A DNA stretch of 64,000 nucleotides, from NCBI GenBank assembly GCA_012295275.1, contig CM022671.1, positions 35,402,001 to 35,466,000 of the forward strand. The letters are read 5' to 3'. The position numbers and the translations under genes were made by a program. This document shows positions 59,021-64,000 of this stretch, in pieces. Origin of the DNA: Chrysomallon squamiferum (Eukaryota > Animalia > Mollusca). The notes below the pieces were generated by a model. That model was not told where the DNA came from. It made no database searches and saw only the letters and a list, made by a program, of their open reading frames with translations. The first letter of the stretch is position 1, and every line of letters starts with the position of its first letter.

Positions 59021-62000
59021 GTTTAACTATTAATGTGAATTAATAATTTTGAATAACATTGTAATGCAAATGACCATTATCATAGATAGAAACTAGATGC
59101 ACATGTGAAATTCTGTAATTTACATACAAAAAAAAATATTTTCATACAGTACAACTAAATGTCGTAAATTGAAAAATGAGATTAATTATTAATAAATGTT
59201 AATGGTGTATCTGCTGGCCAGCCAAATTCATAGACATTGACATTTATCAAATGTCACAATTGGTTTTGTTTAAAACTGTGTACTTCATAGATGTTATTTC
59301 TTTTTTAAAAATCCACCTGAAAACAACAACCAATGTTTTTTCTGCATCACTGTGGTTGTCATCGTTACATAGTTGTTGTCATTCATGTGAGTTTTATACT
59401 AGCAGGAGTCCACTAAAAGAAGTATTAATAATATCAACATTGTGTTTATAATATGTTGAAATATTTTAATTATTACTAAATACTTTTTATTTTCCAAAAA
59501 AGTATATGAAATATAAAAATATTGCTTTTATAATGTTCAAATATGATTTTAATTATTACTAAATACTTTTTTTTTTTTCAAAAGAGTATATAAAATATGA
59601 AAGTACTTAAAAAAGTGTTTTTGTTTGGAAGACTTTTTTTGTTTGTTATTTTTGATATATTTAAATGTCAGTTTATTTATTACACTTTTATTTATTTATT
59701 TTCTTTTAAATTTAATTTTTGTTTTATTAAGAAACATATTTTCATAACTGTAAAAGTAACTTCATGTACCTGGTTGTCGGGTACAAACAAGAATTTTTTT
59801 ATTTATTTATTTATTTACTATATACTTATTTGTTTATATACAGTAGCATAAAAATGTTTTATAAAAATGATGTATTTTATTATTAAACTAAAACTTTGTT
59901 GCTAACCCAAATATTTTGTTTGCATTTTATATAAAATAACAAAGCATTAAACTGTTGTTTTTACTTGCAACTAATACACTTTTTATCTGTCATTATCTGC
60001 TTTGTATTCACTGCCAAAAGAAATAAAATATTTTTGTTTCTTTTTTATTATGATTTTAATACCTGTTGTGCCACTTAATTACATGAAGAATTTATATTGT
60101 AGTATGTAACAAACATTATTATTGCTTTTTTATTTGGTCTTTGTTATGTTTACACATACATATATACATACATACATACATACATAGGCTAATGCACTCA
60201 AACACAGATATGCATGCATACACCCACACACACAGATACATATGCATACATACTAAGATATATACATATACACAAACACATAAAAAACATTTGTACATTT
60301 ATTATTATTATTATTATTATTATCTTATTTTGTGTATGATATAATCTTTAATACATCATATGTCATTAACATAAATTTAGAGAATTATATATACATTTCT
60401 GGTTCATATTTGATGACATTGCTAATAGTAAAATCTATAGTGCTTGCTGCTTTACAGGTATAATTAGTAAAGTAGTAGATTAACTGAATCATTATATTGA
60501 TGTTTATATATATATATATATATATGTTTCTGTGGGTGGGTAGGGGTGTGTGTGTTTGTGTACACATTTATGTATATATACTAACACACATATACATGAT
60601 AATGCACATATACACATACAGAAAAAAGCACACATTTACATACAAACATAAATAAACATATAAGCAAACACATTTACAGAAATATAAATGAATAAATCTC
60701 TAGTGATCTTTCAGTACAAAATTACTTCAGCTGTCCAATGTTTCACAGAGGTAAAATGGTAAAGATATAATAATGAAAATAGTGTGAAAAAAACAACCAA
60801 AAACATATGCTGTTTAGTGTTGTATAGATACACACACATGCACATACACAAGCAAAAATACATACATACATACAAGTACATACACACATTCATACACAAA
60901 CATATATGCACAATCTTACCCTTTAAGAGCTACACACACAAACTGCTGTATTACATGTATACATATATAATTACACATTAAGCTTGTTATGTCATACTTC
61001 AGTGATCACAATTAAACAATCAAATGTCTGACATGAAAAAAGTTCTTTAGAGATGTAGAGAACAAGTGAGACTAATTCATACAGATAAAGAATGTACACA
61101 AAGGTAATTACAAAATCTTTAACATTTAACACCAATTTAATGTAGATTACACTTTGATAGACTCATTAGTGTTTGTTATTTAAATTAGTATTTGAGACTT
61201 CTTATTTATTTATTTATTTTTGCTTTTATTATTATTTTATTTTATTATTTTTTTTTAATTATTTAAATTATTTAAATTATTACTATTATTATTATTATTA
61301 TTATAATCTGAGTAGGCTTGATACTTAATTCATGTTATAAAAATGTTTATGTTTATGTGTCTAAAACGTATGTGAACAGTTCTACATGAAAGTTGGTGTG
61401 TTTATAACATGTAAGTATCTAAGTGTTTTCACCTGTTTGAGTATCTGTATGATTTTATAATTCTGAACTTGTTTTTAATTTTTTTTATTGTTTTTTTTAT
61501 GTTTAAATTGCATATGAATATTTCTATATCTAAACAGGTGTGTTTATAATATATTAGTATCAAAGTGTTTTCAACCATTTGTGAGTGTCTTTGCAGAAGT
61601 GTGTATGTACCTAACATTATATTTATTTATTTTTTATTTATTTATTTATTTAATTATTTTTTATTTATTTATTTTTATTATTTATTTATTTATTATTATT
61701 TATTTATTTATTTATGTTTGATTTTTTGATTTTTTCTATATGTACATTGTGTGTGTGTGTGTGTGTGTGTGTGCTTAAAAGAAGAAGAAGAAAAAGAAAG
61801 AAATAATATTAATTTTGAATGGTATATTATACACAAGACACCTATGTTGTTGCACTTTAAATTTAAAATATACACACACAGAGGACAGTACTGTTTTCAC
61901 TTGCATTACAAACACAACTTTATGTAACTCTAAACAACAAGTAATTGTTTGGTGTGTTGGTGGTGTCGTGGGGTTCATGTCATGTTCCTGGGGTGATAAT

Positions 62001-62559
62001 TCTCAGTAAATTGACCCCAGGGGGTGGATGTACCCTGTTATTTCTTTCTGACAGATGGTTATAAATTTAATGTTTATGATAATCAACCTAAATGGTGATC
62101 CATTATCAGCTGATTTTAAACTTTTATGTGCCCTGTTATTTTGCCTGCAGCTTTTATTTTTAAGCTGTTGGTTGTTGTTAGCAACCATAATGTCCAGTGA
62201 ATTAGCGATTATTGTGCTTTCTGCTGATATGGTATGATACTGCAACTCAGTAATTTTTAAAAAATTTTTTTTATATATTTTTTTAAAATTTGTTCTGTCA
62301 TTCAAAAATATAAAATGGTAATTGAACAATCATTATATGAAAGGTAAGAAAAAATATACTTGCAAAATATTTTGATTTACATAATTTTTAATATTGTATT
62401 ATATTTATTATTATTATTTATTATTATTTATTATTATTACTAGTAGTAGTAGTAGTAGTATTCCAAATCACTGAATAACTATATACGTTCTAAAAAATCA
62501 ATAGATAGTTTTATACAAATTATTCTCAAAATAGTAGCAAGCTTCAGATTAGATATTAA

Positions 62560-62690
62560 CATGCTGGCCTATGGCAGTATATCACACAATGTTTCCATCT
62601 TAATGCATCTGTTGGATAATTTCCTGTTCTAACCAGGCTCTTACAGCTGATTTGTCAAAGGCTGTGGTACGTGTATACCTGTTTTTGAAT
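62560..62690 (+). mobile_element. decayed SINE-like fragment
   Basis: atttcctgttctaaccag..tcaaaggctgtggtacgtgtatacctgt, same motif order as the two other copies. Confidence 0.3.
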
Positions 62691-64000
62691 AAAACAGCTA
62701 ACTATATAATGATACCTTTTTTTCTTTTTTTTTAATTCTGTCTCATTATTTTTATATCTGCTCATTGTTACAAAAATAAATGACTAACAAACTGGAAGGA
62801 AGGATGTTTTGAAATAATAAATTATATTTGTTATCACATATTGTGCTGACATGTTGTTTATTTTATTAACTAGCTGATATTAACAAACTCAGGGTGACAG
62901 ATATTTAAAGGGAAAGGTTACTTCCTGGGACCTGATCTGTGTAATTGTTGATGACAAAGTATTTGGTGACACACAGATATTCAGCCATCTTGGTTACACA
63001 CTTCACAGTACTTGGTATCAGATAACACTAGAGGCTGGACATGTGTTTCCACTCTAATTACAGCAAAGTGATCGTGTCACCAGATGTGTTTTCTCTGATA
63101 CGAGTGTAATAACAGTTTCTACTGTGGCTGCAAGATAGTAACTCATCAAATGTGTTTTCTGTCTTTTGTCTGTGTGTATATGTATGAGTGTGTTTTGTCT
63201 GTGCGTATGTGTGCAGGTCTCTGTGTATGTGTGTGAGTGTGTTTTGTCTGTGCATATGTGTGCAGGTCTGTGTGTGTGTGTGTGTGTGTGTTTTGTCTGT
63301 GTGTGTGAGTGTGTTTGTGAGTGCGTATGCTTGATATTATTTTATTTTTGATAGCTGTACATTGTTACCTCTTTAGACACAATCTGAATTGTGTTATTTT
63401 ATTACAAGTTAGCATTTGAATAGCAAAAATATTTTGTAAATTGAATAAAGTTCTGAAAGAGTTGTTTTTGTTTCTTTACTTCAAATACCACACAGGTTCA
63501 CTTACTTATTATTATTATTATTATTATTTATTTTACTTTATTTTTTATTTATTTTTAAATATTGAATTTGCAATTTAAATAAAAATTACTTTAGTCTACT
63601 TCACATTTTGTAAGTAGCAAACAAAATTTCAACTGGTATTTGTGTGTGTGTGCCTGTGTGATGTGTGTAAGCAAACATATCAACAACTATGATAGAGTAA
63701 CAGTTAACAAATATACCTGTTTAATCTTGTATATAAATTTGGTAATAATAATAATTTAAGATAAAAATACAAAAGTTTACTGACCCCATGCTAATGTTGT
63801 TATTATATTTCAAGATTAGACACGTTGAATAATTTGAATGCAATCTATCAAATATTATACGTGGATTACATAATAGCTAGTTAACCTTACTTCATTTCAA
63901 AGACAGCTAAGTCCTGCTATCAATATATTCTTATTGATTGTCAGCCATTAATTTGGTAATTAAATGTAAGTAAAAATAAACCGAATAATATATATCAGAA

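Noticed and set aside
51709-64000. Nested genes or further SSH exons in the long intron
   Set aside because: Only short AT-rich or microsatellite ORFs; no recognisable exon, RNA gene or transposase.

Overview
AT-rich, microsatellite-rich animal genomic DNA with spliceosomal introns; it looks like an invertebrate, probably a gastropod mollusc (inference). I reconstructed three intron-containing genes by hand from GT-AG boundaries and exon phase. (1) The 3' part of a RIMS-binding protein gene (RIM-BP/RIMBP2-like; SH3, three FN3, SH3, SH3) on +, about 20 exons, 2129-24323. (2) A complete EFCAB5 gene on - (21 coding exons, about 1362 aa, 48720 to 29419), convergent with RIM-BP. (3) The first two coding exons of a Slingshot phosphatase (SSH) on +, head-to-head with EFCAB5 as in human SSH2-EFCAB5. 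Most notable: two RIM-BP exons each carry one extra base and an in-frame UGA in a shift-prone context (UCC-UGA-C, the antizyme site, followed by a hairpin; and CCU-UGA-C), with coding sequence resuming in the +1 frame. This is either programmed +1 frameshifting or assembly indels. Also notable are five tandem arrays or duplications built from exon ends plus their own splice sites, and a cluster of RFX X-box motifs inside RIM-BP. Most ORFs in the supplied track are microsatellite artefacts.
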